Positions 1-16,195 of a stretch of 64,000 nucleotides of DNA are shown piece after piece. Position numbers and translations under genes: made by a program. Position 1 is the first letter of the stretch, and the number at the start of each line of letters is the position of its first letter. The notes beneath the pieces are model-generated. The model ran no database searches. It worked only from the letters and a program-made list of their open reading frames with translations, and was not told the origin of the DNA. The DNA is from Chrysomallon squamiferum (Eukaryota > Animalia > Mollusca), in NCBI GenBank assembly GCA_012295275.1, contig CM022679.1:30690001-30754000 (forward strand), read 5' to 3'.

Positions 1-429
1 TATTTAATTTTATTTTTTTATATTTTTTTATTTTTTTTTTATTTTTTTATTTTTATTTTTATCTATAAATCATACAATGAAACGTAAGGACTCGTAAATT
101 CATAAAGAGATTTTACAGCATTAGTTTTGAAAAGCGCATCATACCGAGTGTATAACCGTCAGAAATTTTGAAGTTTTTTTTTTTATTACGGAAAGATCAT
201 CGACGCCAGCAACAACATCAACGGTTCTGAGGCGTCTGGTTTTACTGATGTTGCAGTGTAGCTTGCGGCCAACTTTTAGATATAATTATAAGTAACTCGT
301 GTACTCTGCTGCTAATAACAGTTTACAAAACGAATTGCTGTTTAAAGTACATAACTTCTTTTTTTTTTTTTTACATTCCTGAGAACGACAGACTCAGACA
401 GATAAAGATGGAAAGAAAAAGGAGAGACC

Positions 430-580
<151 letters not shown>

Positions 581-789
581 AAAAAAAAACGAGAGATGGC
601 GAAAGAAAGAGAAAGAAATACCAACAGACAAAGAGTTTAAACACAGCTTATCCAGCCTGTATGTATGTGTGTATGTATATATATATATATATATGTATGT
701 ATGAATGGATATATGTGTGTGTTTTTGTATATACTTATATGTCAATCATATTGTTTCTGCAGATACATGTTTGTTTGTTTGTTTTTTTT

Positions 790-827
<38 letters not shown>

Positions 828-1531
828 TCGTCATAAATACTATTTAACTGCATACCTAACCGTTATCAATCACTTTTTATTTTCATTTCTTTCTCCTCCC
901 GTCTCCTTTATCACTTACAGAAATTATTTTATTACCAAGCGCGATAACCACTGGAATATATGATTTCTTTATATCACATAATTGCCTTTCTTTTTGAACA
1001 TTAGAAAAGTGTTTAGTTATCACTGGAATGTTGTAGACATCTTGTGGAATTTTTCTTTTAATCTTAGGGTTATAATATTTAGAGAGAATTTCAAGTCGAG
1101 ATATATATATATATATATATATATACATGGAGGGTTTTTGAAGTGGTTTAGGCAAACTGCGAATCGTACGAAAGACAAAGTCTTTGTTGGGTTTGAAACG
1201 TCAGGATGTACAGATATTATCAGGGGGTGTTCTTTACGTGACATAGAGGGTGTGTGTGGTTAAGTCACACGTAAATATAGAAAAAAATTTGTTATCGTTT
1301 TATTCTAAGGGCAAAATGTTGATAAAAGATTTCGCAAGATTTCGTAGTTTAAGTTTTCTGTTAATACAGTAGAAAAAAGTATTAGTGTCACCTCTCACTT
1401 TTTATCTTTGTTTCTCTCAGTCAGTTATTTTTATTATTTCTTTCATTAATATTGTCATTACTTCTGCTGCTTCTAGTACTAAAACTACTATTACTAGTAT
1501 TATAATAATAATAATAATATTAATAATTATA

Positions 1532-1600
<69 letters not shown>

Positions 1601-1668
1601 AAACCGCAGTAAAAAAAAAAAATATTATAATAAAATAAACAACACTAAAACCAGTAACAAAGAAAACA

Positions 1669-1700
<32 letters not shown>

Positions 1701-2169
1701 TTCCTTCCCACTTCCCTTTTAACTCTCTTTGTCTAACAACCTGATTACGTAGGTGGTACTTTTAACGTGCTGTTTTCTGATTATTCGTTAAATACATCAA
1801 GAACTTTCGAGATAATTTATTTTGCAAATAAAACATTTAAAATAATAAATATGAACAGCACACTTTCTTTTTTCTTTGCCTAAACAGCTGAAAGATTAAA
1901 GCAGAAAATTATCTCAGCGGTACAATATGTTAATTTTTGAGGTCTGATATATGGGTTCTTATTGTAAAGAGAGTTTGATAAACAATTTCGCGTGTATCAC
2001 TATTAGTTCATAAATATTTCTTGATCTTTATTTAAATAAAAGAAGTGTAAATCACAGTGTGTTTGTTAAAAAAAAAAATTTAAATGCATTTGTATTCAGT
2101 TTATGATAGAGATTTCCTGTCTCAGTGTTTCACGTTTTCTCGATCTCATCGTTTCAAGTTTTTCGTTTG

Positions 2170-2287
<118 letters not shown>

Positions 2288-2905
2288 GCGTTAATTCTTT
2301 CTCACCTTTATTTAAATTTATCACCTCAATCTTTGGGCTTTTTCCGTTACCTGAGAGAAAATAATTTATGTGTAACATTAATTTATAATCCTCAGTTTTC
2401 TTACCACCAGACTTCTAATAATTTCGTATGCTGAGTAATTTGTTCTGTATTTTTCAGCTAATGTATTATGACGACTCTAACTACACTTTCCCTACATACT
2501 TTCCATAACAGAGAAATCTTATTAGCATGTGTATGAAATTAAAAACACTCGGAAGGGAAATCTCTGCTTTGCCATTATGCAGCTATGTCATATCTCGTTA
2601 CTCGTTACAGAATTCTTTTGATAAGTGATGTAAAGTTGAAGATAATATTTGGATCTTCAGTGGTTTCTGTTTGCCTATGTTTCCGTTGCTTATCACTTGT
2701 ACGCAGTTTATATCAGTTTTTAGGTGGGTTTGTCTTCTTCCTTTTATGTCTGTGGGAGAGATTTCAGAGGCTATGAAAATTTCTGAAATAATTTTCTTTT
2801 TATCTGTTTTTGTTGCTAAAGATGAATTTACATTTTTAAATTTGTGGTTTACTAAATAGTCCGAATACTTACTAAAATTCTGAACTTGTATTTGATTCTT
2901 TTGTT

Positions 2906-3034
<129 letters not shown>

Positions 3035-3037
3035 ACA

Positions 3038-3089
<52 letters not shown>

Positions 3090-5035
3090 ATATCTTTATG
3101 GGGAGATAAAGCTATTTACACTCTCATTCTTGCTTTCACTGAGATAAATATATTCTTGTCTATTAGGTAATTTCTGAATTTCATACATCCATTGCCAAAT
3201 TACATTTCTGAAAGATCCTGGGCTACAGGCTCTCGCAGGCAGTGTATTTCAGTGCAGTAGATTTCATTACTTATATTGTTGCATTGTTCGTTATATAGCT
3301 TGTTAAACAAGTCTGAAACGTTATAGGTTATCATTCATTCGTTTTCATGTTATGTGTTCTGGTAAAATGTACATTTCTGGCTTGATTACACAGGCTGACG
3401 TTTTCTTATACGAAATGTTTTTGACCAGAAGTGTTTTGGTTTTCGCAATAAATCGAGAGTATTAGATAACAATAAACCTTAATACTGTAGGTAGTTTTTA
3501 TATACATTTTTTAATCTGTGTGCACGAAATAAAGAATGTGTTCGCTAAACCACCCGAAAACTGTATCATATCATTATCTAATCTTTTTAAAATTGTTTTT
3601 TGTCTTTTAGTAATGTACAATACTAGGACATATCACATTCACGAATTCCGAGATAAGAATTCAGAAGTAATGAAGCAGAATATTTTGTAATAATCATGTA
3701 TATTTTACTGAACATTCGCGTATTTTTTTTTTTTTTTTAAACCATATTCTCTCGCTCTATCTGTTTGAAACTTACCATGTGGAGGTACAAACAACGTTCT
3801 CGTATTCAGTTTCTTTGTTATTCGCCCGTTAAGTAAGATTCGCCTGTTTATTTACATCGAAATGAACACGAGAAAAGATAAATGTTTAGTTATAAGCTAG
3901 ATGTTGTGAACCATTGTGATTGTTTTACGTGCGTCGAAAAAGTAAGTGTGTTTATGTGTAACAAAACTGAACATTTTAAATCAATACAAAAAATATATAT
4001 ATATATATATTACTACAGACATAACTATACGCTAAAGTATACACTACATGCATACGTATATACACACATACATTTATACATATACATACATACATACATT
4101 TATACATACACACACACATATATATATATATATAGAAACACACACATATATATATATATATATACGTACATATACACAGATATACATATATGCATGCATA
4201 CATACATACACGCATACACACATACGTACGTACGTACATACATATATACGTTTTATTATTTATAATTTATTCCCATACAATAATTTTTTTTTTTTTTTTT
4301 TTAAAAGCTGTAACAATTTAAAAATCGTTTATTTGATAAAATAATTATTCCCAAATACATTTAAGAAAAAGAAAAGAAAATTAATCAAAAATGAGAAGAA
4401 AAGAGTAAAAACTCTAACAGATTATACTGCTGTGGGGCAAACCCCACACTGAAATGTCTCACCTTGATTTATACAAAACATGGCGTCTCTTAATTAACTC
4501 GTCAGACTTTGATCTTCTAAAGTTTGTGGTGTATTCAGCAGTGTTAGAACGGTCATCCACCCCTGCAGGTTTTGTTTAGAGAACAAAGTAAATTATATTT
4601 CATAGACCTACTCGGTGCTTGCGGATTTTTGAACATGATGTATGTGTGAATGTGTCTGCGTGTTCTTTCCCGTTCCAAATAGAACTTCGCATGCGTTTAA
4701 TACAGCTCATTGTGTTTTTTTATATCTGTTTGAAAATGTTTGAGAAATGTTCGTTTCTGATGATTGTTAATAATGAACTGTGTGTTTCATTTCTTACTGC
4801 ATTTTTGTGTTATAAGAAAAAGTAGCGGTTAATATTAAAATGTTTTGATGCAAACCATTTATTTTCAGTCATACACACACTATACATAGTGATGCAAATC
4901 CAACGCACAGTTACATACAAACACGCACATACATACAAAAAAAAAACACAAAAAAACCCACACATAGATACAAATATACGTAAATATATATTCAATAAAT
5001 TCAAAAATAGTTTTCTCGTTTGTTTGGTTTATCAA

Positions 5036-5092
<57 letters not shown>

Positions 5093-5698
5093 AAATAATG
5101 ATCAAAGGGAGAGAACTGCTGTTTGACTAACTGACCACTACTGTGGCTATTTTAACGATTCCGAGGTCACGTTTATCTATGATTACAAATCATCTCATTT
5201 CGCTTTGAGGTATCTGTTGGTCAGTCTGCAGCTAACTGTGACGTTTACCTCGTTCTGTTAAGTGAGATAAAGTAGAGTTATCTGCCACAGCGATAAACAG
5301 AGTTTTATGTTTCTTCGTTTTCTTTGAAAGAAGCAAATCTTTTAGACAAATGAAGTGATTTTTATTTGAACAAATCTGAAACAGTTTTGTAAGATGTTAA
5401 CGTTGTAGGTGTTTCTCTCAATGTGGGGGTGTTTGGATTATGTAGGTGTGGATGGAATGATGGATGGAATGAATGAATGAATGGATGGATGGTTAGATAA
5501 ATGGATGAATCAATGTGTAAGTTTGTGTGTGTGAAAATATGTTTTGTTTCAATGTATAAAATATATACCTGTATGATGTATGAACGACGGTATGTGTGTA
5601 TATATATACGTATGTATTTATATATATATGTATGTATGTATGAATGAGTGTATGTATGTATGTATGCATGTTTGTGTAATATTCATCCATTCATTCTT

Positions 5699-5745
<47 letters not shown>

Positions 5746-6125
5746 TTTGAATATACAACAAATCTATACGGGAATAATTATCTACACTCAATACACCAAT
5801 ATCTTTACTCATTTTTTTTCTTTCTTTCTCATTGACAAGGAATATGGAATAAATTTATACGTCTGTAGTTTTCGAGATAACCTTTACGTGTTATAATTCA
5901 TGTACAAACCACACAGCACTCAAATAAAGCCAGCTGGCCCGTAAAGAACTGCTTTTTATCTTGATTAGTTAACAATCCGCACACATCATTAACAATGTAT
6001 GGCCTTTATACAGCGCCAGATCAATGGGTTATATTGTCACAATCTGAATACTTTTCTCTTTTCCCTCTCACAGTACAACAGACTGTAAAACGTGCTGGCG
6101 TCTGTCTGTAGAGATGTGGAAATCG

Positions 6126-6770
6126 TAATTACAGTAGACACAGAGTTTATAGTTGTTTATAGTCTGCAGTACAGACACTATATTTATAGTTCTAGTTTGC
6201 TACACAGAAAATATATTTACAGCTCCAGACTGCAGTAGAAATAATATATTTACAGTTGTAGTCCGCAGTACAGAAAATATATTAATAATTGTAGTCTACA
6301 GTACACACAGTATATTTATAATTGTAGTCTACAGTACAGACAGTATATTTATAATTGTAGTCTACAGTACAGGCAGTATATTTACAGTTGTAGTCTGCAG
6401 TACAGACAGTATATTTATAACTGTAGTCTACAGTACAGAAAATATATTTATAGTTGTAGGCTGCAGTATAGACAGTATATTTATAATTGTAGTCTACAGT
6501 ACAGTCAGTATATTTACAGTTGTAGTCTGTAGACAGACTATGTATTTATAATTGTAGTCTGCAGTACAGACAGTATATTTATAATTGTAGTCTGCAGTAC
6601 AGACAGTATATTTATAATTGTAATACGCAGTACAGACAGTATATTTATAATAGTAGTCTGCAGTACAGACAGTATATTTATAATTGTAGTCCGTAGATAG
6701 ACATTGTATTTATAGTTGAGGTCTGTAGTACAGAAAATATATTTACAGCTGTAGACTGCAGTACAGACAC
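6126..6770. repeat. 33-bp minisatellite, about 19 copies (attgtagtctrcagtacagacagtatatttata)
   Basis: Directly visible; produces the 11-aa periodic ORFs at 6153 and 6538. Confidence 0.93.
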
Positions 6771-7400
6771 ACACAGAAACCTAGTACAGACTTTGATTAA
6801 CAACATTACAAATATAACACAACACTTAACCCAATTTGACCACAGTATGATGGATTAGATGTAATAACAGAATTAAACTATCTTACAAATATGTCTGTCG
6901 TGATTTCACAAATAGTCAGTGATACAGAATAACGTATGTAACAATGAGTCAGTGTGTTTATTTGAAATCTAGTCTGACTTATTCTTGTGGGCGTATTTGT
7001 AATCCCATATGGGCACGATTGATTTTCTTACAATAACCGAATGAAGTCACACTACATTGTAGATGTACTCAGTCACACAATAAAATATCAATATAATCAA
7101 CAATAAAATAAGTGTCTTTGCGGGTGTGCGTATGTGTGTGTGCTGTGTGTGTGTGTGTGTGTGTTTAGATAATGTGTGTAAATCTCTAAGCTGAATCAGA
7201 ATAGGGTATTTATTGATGCTGAAATAACATGTGAATCGCTGTATGTTGTGAATTTTAACTGTATAGTGGATTATTATATTTGACAGTTATATCATCGTGT
7301 GATGTAAAGTAGTACAAATTATAAAGTATAACCGCTGACATAGGTGATTTTTGTGTGTGTGTGTATACACATACACAGAGAGAGAGAGTGAGAGCGAGCG

Positions 7401-7489
<89 letters not shown>

Positions 7490-9922
7490 GTGGATCATTT
7501 CACTGACATGTCATAGGTGTAATTTCTTTTTATTCACCTCCTTTTTTTGAAAAAAGATCCGTGGATTAACATAATGTACAATATAGTCGCTAGAATCAAC
7601 CCATTTTAGGTTAATTCTAGTCTTAACCAGTGCGTAGCACTTAGTGTTTGAAAGGCTGTTGTACGTTTTGATTCGACTAACGCAAACCATCATTACAATG
7701 TTCTTTAGAAAAAAAAACAAATAAAAACATACAAAACAGAAATTTTCTTATGGAGTATACAATTATATGAAAATTATCTGATGTGTGCCATCGATTAGCT
7801 GACATCAAATTAGTGTTTGGTCTGAGTGTGTCATTATGCTTGAAAAACCATTTCCTGTTCTACTGTTTTAAATTGACACTTTTAAACCTAGCACATTTAA
7901 CAAAAACACGAAATATTATCTATCTTATCACATTAACCCTGACAATAAAAAACCCATTTAATTCCAGCTACGAACGTTTAAAACCACGATTCTTCCTGGT
8001 TCAACTAAAGTCGTCTAAAAAAAAAAAAATGTCCGGCTGAGCAATTCTCTTCTTTCTCCGCAATTCCCTCCTTTCTCAGACCGCGCACCGGCTGATATGT
8101 GAGAAACTCCGTCATTCTGCACTCCGCCAGTTTAATTAACTCGTCTAAGATTTCTGTAATCAGGTCTGGGTTGTTTGTTCGTTTCACCTTTCCGTGCCAT
8201 AAACAACACTCGGCGATTTAGTCAATGGAAAAAGCGGCCGCAGTATAGGGTGTCCCGTCGTCCGCGTTTATTAGCGGAGGTCACGCAAAACAACGGGTTG
8301 AAGGTTTAGGCTGTCAGCTTTTTCATTTCATCTTGCATTAACCCACATAACTCCAGCCGTTCCTTGCAGCTTCTTCGTGGTTTCTGAGATAAACGATCTC
8401 ATTCAGAATGCGATATGAAATCATTTCTTAACCTGAACCTGATAGATGATGACTGGGCCGGAATATCGTAGACTCTACAATGAAATCATAAAATATGATA
8501 CGCATATACATCGATAGTTTCCTTTCCTTTTTTTTTTTTTTTTTTTTTCGCTCTACTACTACTACTCCTACTACTACTACTACTATAACTACTACTACTG
8601 TTGCTGCTGCTACTATACTACTACTACTACTATTGTTGTTGTTGTTGTTGTTGTTATACTTTTTGTAAGTTTGTTATTATTGTTTTAATTATTAGTATTC
8701 ACAACGTACTTAATTAATTCATTCATTAATATTATTATATTACAAGAAAAGCTTTAAGTAGTCACTGTAACTGTAATATCCTATGTTAACTCTTTGACAA
8801 TTTCTTTCCCCGTCTGATATTTTCCATTTCTATTAATTCACAAAAGGCATTGACATTGATTTGATGTCTATAAAAACTTTTACATAAAAGAGATGTTGCT
8901 GTCGACAACCTAAAATAAATAAATAAATTTAAAAATCATATATATGTATGTAATATGTATGTATATATGTATATATGTATGTATAAATGTGTAGATATAT
9001 ATATATATGAATGTATGTATGTATGTATGTATGTAGGGATGAATGTATGGATGGATTAATGAAGGTATCTGTACATATTTACTTTTTTTTGTTTATTTCC
9101 ATTATATATATTTTTTTTCTATTTTATTTGATCTTGTTTTATTTTTATTTTATTTTATCTTATCTTATCTTATCTTATCTTATCTTATCATATCTTATCT
9201 AATTTTATCTTATTTTATTTATTCAGAATTTTTGCTTACAAATCGTAGGACGTTGTCCTTTTCAACCCGCACTGTTAGACAAAGGAAGTTTTCGAAGTAT
9301 CTCCTATCACACTGTATCTATGATTTGGCTTGGCAGGTTATGATGTACGTGCAATGTGTAATCAAATATTATATAACCGTGAACGCCGATTTAATCCAGT
9401 CTTTTAACGAAACGGTATCGACAGAAAGTTAATGACGTAGTATAACTATATTTATCTGGACGAAAAATCAATCATTTTGTACAAAGATTTTTTTTTTTAT
9501 TAAAGTAGACGTTTTCTGTGCTGCGTAGAATGAATGAAAATATTGCTCTTAGCCTAAGCTTTGATTACGATGATTTATGGAGATAAAGCTGTGTTTTTTG
9601 TTTCCTATTTTAGATGATACATACACATATATATATAATAGATACATACATACGATGCGTACGTACATATATGCCTAAAATATACATACATGCATACATA
9701 TATAATTCCATACAGACATACACACACATATAGAAAGATAGACATACAAACAAACATAGATATATATATATATATATACATACATACATACATACATACA
9801 TACATACATACATACATACATACATACATACACACACACACATACATACATACATGCTTACACAGAGACATACAGACAGATTTACAGACACAAAGACGGA
9901 AAGAAAAACATACACAAACAGA

Positions 9923-9979
9923 ATGGGAAACATAAAGGTTAAGAATCTTCTTGTTGTAAAGAGGCCAGCAGTAAAGAAG
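9923..9979 (+). CDS. Candidate far-upstream alternative first exon (MGNIKVKNLLVVKRPAVKK)
   Basis: agaATGG context, 19 open codons, consensus donor AAG|GTAAGT in phase 0. Directly preceded by microsatellite, so weakly supported. Confidence 0.3.
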
Positions 9980-11071
9980 GTAAGTATTATAAAAACAGAT
10001 CATTGATGCGGGGCCGAGGACTCGTATTAAGTTCACAGACTGTGGAAGAGTTTCGTGACTAATGGAGCAAATCGCAGGCTATAGCTAATCTCACAGATGT
10101 CAGGTCTTTGCCTGGCAAATATCTCTAACAATTAATTTTTTTATTATTATTTATTTCTGTCTCTCTCGCGTACATTGCGTAAAATTCCCACTAGACTTTG
10201 ATTTGTCTATTGACCGCAGTTGTGAGTTCATTGAGGAACGTTGCGGGATGCAGTAAGGACTGTACGAAATAATGGTTTGAACTGTGTAATATTAACCTAT
10301 TTGATACAGGATTTTATTTGACAGTTGGACAGTGGAAGAAGGTTTCAAGTGTCATTTTTGTTTGATCAAAAGGAAATAGAAAAAATGATGGAAAGAGAAA
10401 GTTATTAAGAGAAAAAGAAAATTGAAAATAATGGGTTCAAGGAAATTGATAAATAATTGAAAGTGAGATTAATGAAAATATAAAAGACACTAGGTTATAA
10501 GACGTAATGGAAATCTGGAAGTGATAAAATGTTATAATAGAAACCATACAATTTACAATAGAAAATTGAAACTCTCTAATCGATTAAATGCTGAAAATTT
10601 AAAATATTTAATATATATATATATATAAAATATAAAATACATAACTAAAAAGTTAATAATAACTATAATTTTATCAAAATAAAGTGGAATTTTATAAATT
10701 AATTTAAATTAAAACAGAAAATCAAAAAATAATTTGAACCAGAAATTTATTAAATAATTTAAAGTAGTATTATTAAAAAGAAAGAAAAAATTTGACAGAT
10801 TCGGGAATGTGAGCAAATATTGGAAACAAGATAATTAAATAAAATTATAAAGTAAAGTAAAACAGATATTTGGTCGAATGGTGATTATTGATTTCCAGTG
10901 ATATTTTCCAAAACTAGAAAGAGAATTCACAAAATCTGGTTAGCCATGCACTACCGATTAGTAATAGACCAAAAATAGAAATTTTATCAAGATTAAAGAA
11001 CTGGTATCTGCAACTTTTTTAAGAATGCGTTTTCATTAAATTCCAAATTAATTTACTAACTGATTTTCATT

Positions 11072-11110
<39 letters not shown>

Positions 11111-14100
11111 ATAATAATAATAAAAAAATAAAATAAAAAATAAATAGATAAAACAAGGAACACAGTATTTGGTGAAATGGTCAGAGCTCTTATTTGAAGT
11201 TTGAATATTCTTTGACGTAAAATATAATAACATTTTGTCGTGTTTGTTGAAAATAAATTGATTTAATTTCTTTTCATTCTGATTTCATATCTTTAATAAT
11301 TTAATACATTTTACAAAATAAAAAAAAAAATATTTCCAAAACTGAATAAGGAGCTATTTGCTTTTATCGACAGACTGAAGCGCCTTTGGTTATAGGATCA
11401 AAGCCAGATAAGATACAGTTTCTGTGAATTTTATATATTACTATTTTTTGATGATCCTTACTACTGATAAGCATACCCGTTGAATAGTATCAGCGGATTT
11501 CATCTGTCTTATAATCAGTATTAACAGTCACAGAAACAACAGTGGAAAAAAAAAGAATAAACAAACGATTCACATTTAAAAAAAAAAATGTTAATACTTA
11601 AAGTATTAAAACGTCGTTAATAGAAATAAAAAACACAAAATGTGTAATTTCCCATTAATCAATGACGCTGTCATAACTGTGTGCTAAAATAAATATTAGT
11701 AATAAATGAACGAATCTTTACAAATATTCATTTTATTTACGAATCATTAATTAAAACAAATATCTGTTTGCACTGAAAAACAGCGGTGGATTTAGCCAAT
11801 AGTAAAACTCTCCGGGAATTAATCGGCACCGGAAGTGTACGCCTGTAATTGGCAGGGTTAGTTCCGGTTTGCTGGTCAATCTCTTGAGTGAGCAGATTTG
11901 TTCTTCGTCTTCCTTCAGTCTGCAGTTTGATTTCTCTTCACGCGCTGACACTCGGGAAATTACACATGTCGTGTTCACTGACTTCTGACACTGAAATCGT
12001 GTCTTGACAGTCGAAATAGAAATCTCATACAGAGGTCAAACACTAGTCAAAAAATTGTAACTGCTAGCTGTGGTGAAAATGTTTTTTTTTTCTTCATGAA
12101 ATTCTAGAAGGGTTATGTCTGATGTAACATTTTATAAGTATATCTGGAAATTTTTTGGAAAATTTATGATTTTAATTTTTTAAATTTTTTTATATCATTA
12201 TTTCAAATGATGTTTTGGTACCATTCTGAATTGAAATAGAAAAATATGGTTTTATCATTAATAGTTTTAACGAAATCGTTGGTTTCCTTAAGAAGATAAA
12301 AAATGATTTAAGCCAAGCTTGTAAATAAAAATTATATTCAGTTATAAGAACAACACCATCCCGTGTGTTAAAATGATTATCTCAGTGTTTCTTTTTTACT
12401 TCTAACGTAACTGGTGCGCTACTGCTACCATTACTACCAATACCAACACCATCGTTATTACTACTGCTACCACTACTACTGTAATTACTTCGATTAATAC
12501 TACAGTTACTGCTACTTTTTATTACTAGTGGTACTTACTTATACTACTATTACTACTGCTGGTACTAGTAATACTATCACAACTGTTACTACAACAACGA
12601 CAGCACCACCATGACCACCATAAGCATTACTACTACCCGCTTTAATCTTCTTGACTTTTGTTCTTGTCTTTCGTATGAAAAGAAATATGTACATTATGTA
12701 CGAACCTTATTTGAAGGTACACAGTGTAACGACAAGATCACTATAACAACAACACGCACGTTATTAAAACGCGGGTTGACTGTATCGAGAACACTGATTT
12801 ACACAACGGTGACTCGCTGGAAGGAAAGTAGTTTTCTTCACACGCTGACTTTTGTTTGTTTTCTGTGATTGTCTTTGGTTGTCAGGGAAATGGTATCAAC
12901 GTTTTCAAACACGAATATGTCAAGTCAAAACGTCATTCTCGTGGATTATATCAGATTGTAACGACGGCGTTACGCGACTGCAGTCACGTCTTCTGCAAAA
13001 TCCTATTTTTACAGTCTAGCGTTGTTTAAAAAATGGGAATAATTTAAAACGAAACAGGCAGATTTTTAAATTTTTATTATTATTTGACAAAAAGCTAAAG
13101 AAAACACAATAATTTGAAATGATTTAGAGGTAAAAATGAATCTTGAAAACTGAAAGTAATACACTTACATTATCAAAAACATTCAGCACTTACACATAAC
13201 ACAGTTTTATTATATATATCTACGTCTGTAGTTAGAAAGATAATTAAATATGCAGACCTACATAGATGTCTATGTCTATATGTTTGTATGTATGAATGTA
13301 TGTGTGTATGTATTTATCTATGTATGCGTGTGTATGGATCTATGTAATGTATGTTTTTATGTATGAATATTTGTATGTATGTATATAATGTATGTTTGTG
13401 CCTATACATAAATGTTAGTATATATATATACTTGTATGTTTTATGTATATATATGTATGTGTGGATGTGTGTGCGTAAAACATTACATTTTCATTTTTTC
13501 TTTTCTGTCTTTAATTGAATCATTTGACGATAAAACATGACAATATTACTAAGATTTCCTTTTTGAAAAAAAACAAACAACCAAACATAAAAACAATACA
13601 AAAAATCAGTTCTTCCTTTACCTTTTTTTTTTTTTTTTCACCCCTCTTTCTCTCTGTCTTCAAACACTCAATTAAGTAATGATTTTGATACGACGTCGGC
13701 GATGTTGACACTCAGATCAGAACAAACATGCTGCTTTCTTTTGCCTCGTCTTTTGATTTGTCCGCGCGAAATCCTTTATCACTGACCTAATCACGCCGAT
13801 ATTTGCGTGACCTCATTTCGTCAGTTTCTTCCGCTCATCAGATAATGGACAATATTTTTGAGATCGGTGGAATCGTGTGAAGGGTGATATGTCCCCGGAT
13901 CAATTCTCGGTGCTGGCATTGGCAATTTTTTTTTTTTTTTTTTTTTTCGTAGTTGCTTCCCATGCCTCATGTAAGTGATTATAGTATGTGATTTCCTTAC
14001 TGAAGAAAGATGAACTAAAAAAGAGTCCTTGATGCTGACTGATATAAATAGCCTCGGCAGTGGATTTCTTTTCTCTTTATCAGTGTAGAAAAGTCATAAA

Positions 14101-14179
14101 CTAATTATCATTATTATCAAAATGGTTGGAGGTGTAATAATAATAACAATGGTGACAGTAATAATAATAACACAACAAT

Positions 14180-14309
<130 letters not shown>

Positions 14310-14642
14310 GTAACCATAATCATTATCATAATCATAATATTCTAATAGAAATATACAAAGATCATTATTTTTGCACTTTTATTCATATATTTTTCTTGGA
14401 ACACGATCACAAGAAATCAAAACGCTCATTTGCAAAATTTACTACGTTTATGTGTTAAAACTATCGCAGGTATACGTCGTAAATAAGCAACACAGAATAA
14501 TATAGTCGAAAAAGATTACAGTTTGTCTGGTAAAAATTAACAGCGTTCTGGAGTTCAGCCAACACTTTGGACAGAAATGTGCAGATTTATTCCGCATTGA
14601 TGAGTTATAATGAAGAATTACTGAGTTGGTTTATTACAGGGT

Positions 14643-14720
<78 letters not shown>

Positions 14721-15130
14721 AGTAATAGAAATTAAAATAATATATGCAAAGACTGGATATTTGTAAGAGAATGAAGACTTATCCTAAATGTTTCTTATGA
14801 AATCAAACCCACTCAGTCGACTGTTGCAGTCGGTATTGGTACGAGAACTCAGAACATATCAGAACTAACGTATACAGCTTAATACATGGGTCTGGTAAAA
14901 CTAGTGATTTTATTTTGCAGTGTTGCACAGTCTGATTGTACTTGCTCACACATTTAATTAAACACTGACGTTAGAGTCTGGATTATCGAAATCTGCGTTA
15001 ACGTGATGAAATCTGTTTCTCTGATCCTACCAAGAAAGTTAGACAAAATTATACAAAGTTAAGTCACACCCGACTGTTGTTATAATAGTGAGTTACTGAA
15101 AAGAAGCTAAGTCAGAGAGAAGAAAAAGTT

Positions 15131-15172
<42 letters not shown>

Positions 15173-16125
15173 ACAAAGAAGAAGAAGAAAGGAAAAGTAA
15201 GGAAAATAAAGAATAGTAAGGAAAAAAAGAACAAAAGTAAAGAAGAAGAAAAAAACGAAGAAAAAGGAACGGAAAAACAGAATTAATGAAGAACATAATA
15301 TATAGGGAAAAACAGGAAGACATAAAAAGAAAGAAGAAACTAAGAGAAATAAAGAAGTACAAGAAAAACATTCAAGAATCTGTTTAAAAAAAGAAAGAAA
15401 AAAAGAAATGCAAACAAAAAATAAAAAACAGACTGAAGTCAAAATAAAATTAGAAGAGACCCGAAATAAAAAAAAAAAAAAATCAACCGATCAATTTATT
15501 CATTTATTTTTTATTTTATTTTATTTTTTTAAATTTATTTTACTGAAGATTCAAGCATAAATATCCACGGAACTGATTATCAGGCTATCATCCCAGCAGT
15601 GGTGCACAAGATGGGGGAGGAAAAGACATAAAAGAAGATAAAAAAAAAAAAAAAAAAATGTCTTCAATCCAATTAGAACTGGATGTACTTGTCCTCGGAT
15701 TTCTAGTCTATATTTATTTGAAGATTTGAGTCGAAGGATTCTGGTTTGGTTGTGTTTAAAGGCTCAAACTCTTGTTACTAGTATTTAATTAATCCTTGTG
15801 TTCTTTGTAGTACGTATTAACTTCCAGTTCGAAGAGATTTTTGCACCAAGCGTGGGATTACTTTTAATGGGGTCTGGTTTTATTTCGAGGTGTGCAACTT
15901 TGCTCCAAAATGGAAATTAAGTCTATTCCGAGACACGAAGTAATATCCGGAAGAATCTTATAAAACAGTGCTTTGAATTAATTCAGAACCGGAGAGTATC
16001 ACAGAATTGACCTTTTCATTGTTAATTCTATTGATGGCGGTTTTGTTGCGTTTTGTCATTATCTGTGTTGTGAATGCAAGTTCAATAAACATTTTTTCAG
16101 AAATTCTGATTTAAGAAAAACAAAA

Positions 16126-16195
<70 letters not shown>

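Noticed and set aside
6126-6770. CRISPR-like array (33-bp unit with palindrome)
   Set aside because: Units are contiguous with no unique spacers, there are no cas genes, and the context is eukaryotic.
10330-11040. Very A-rich block as a NUMT or degraded gene
   Set aside because: No recognisable mitochondrial gene or rRNA motifs and no substantial ORF.
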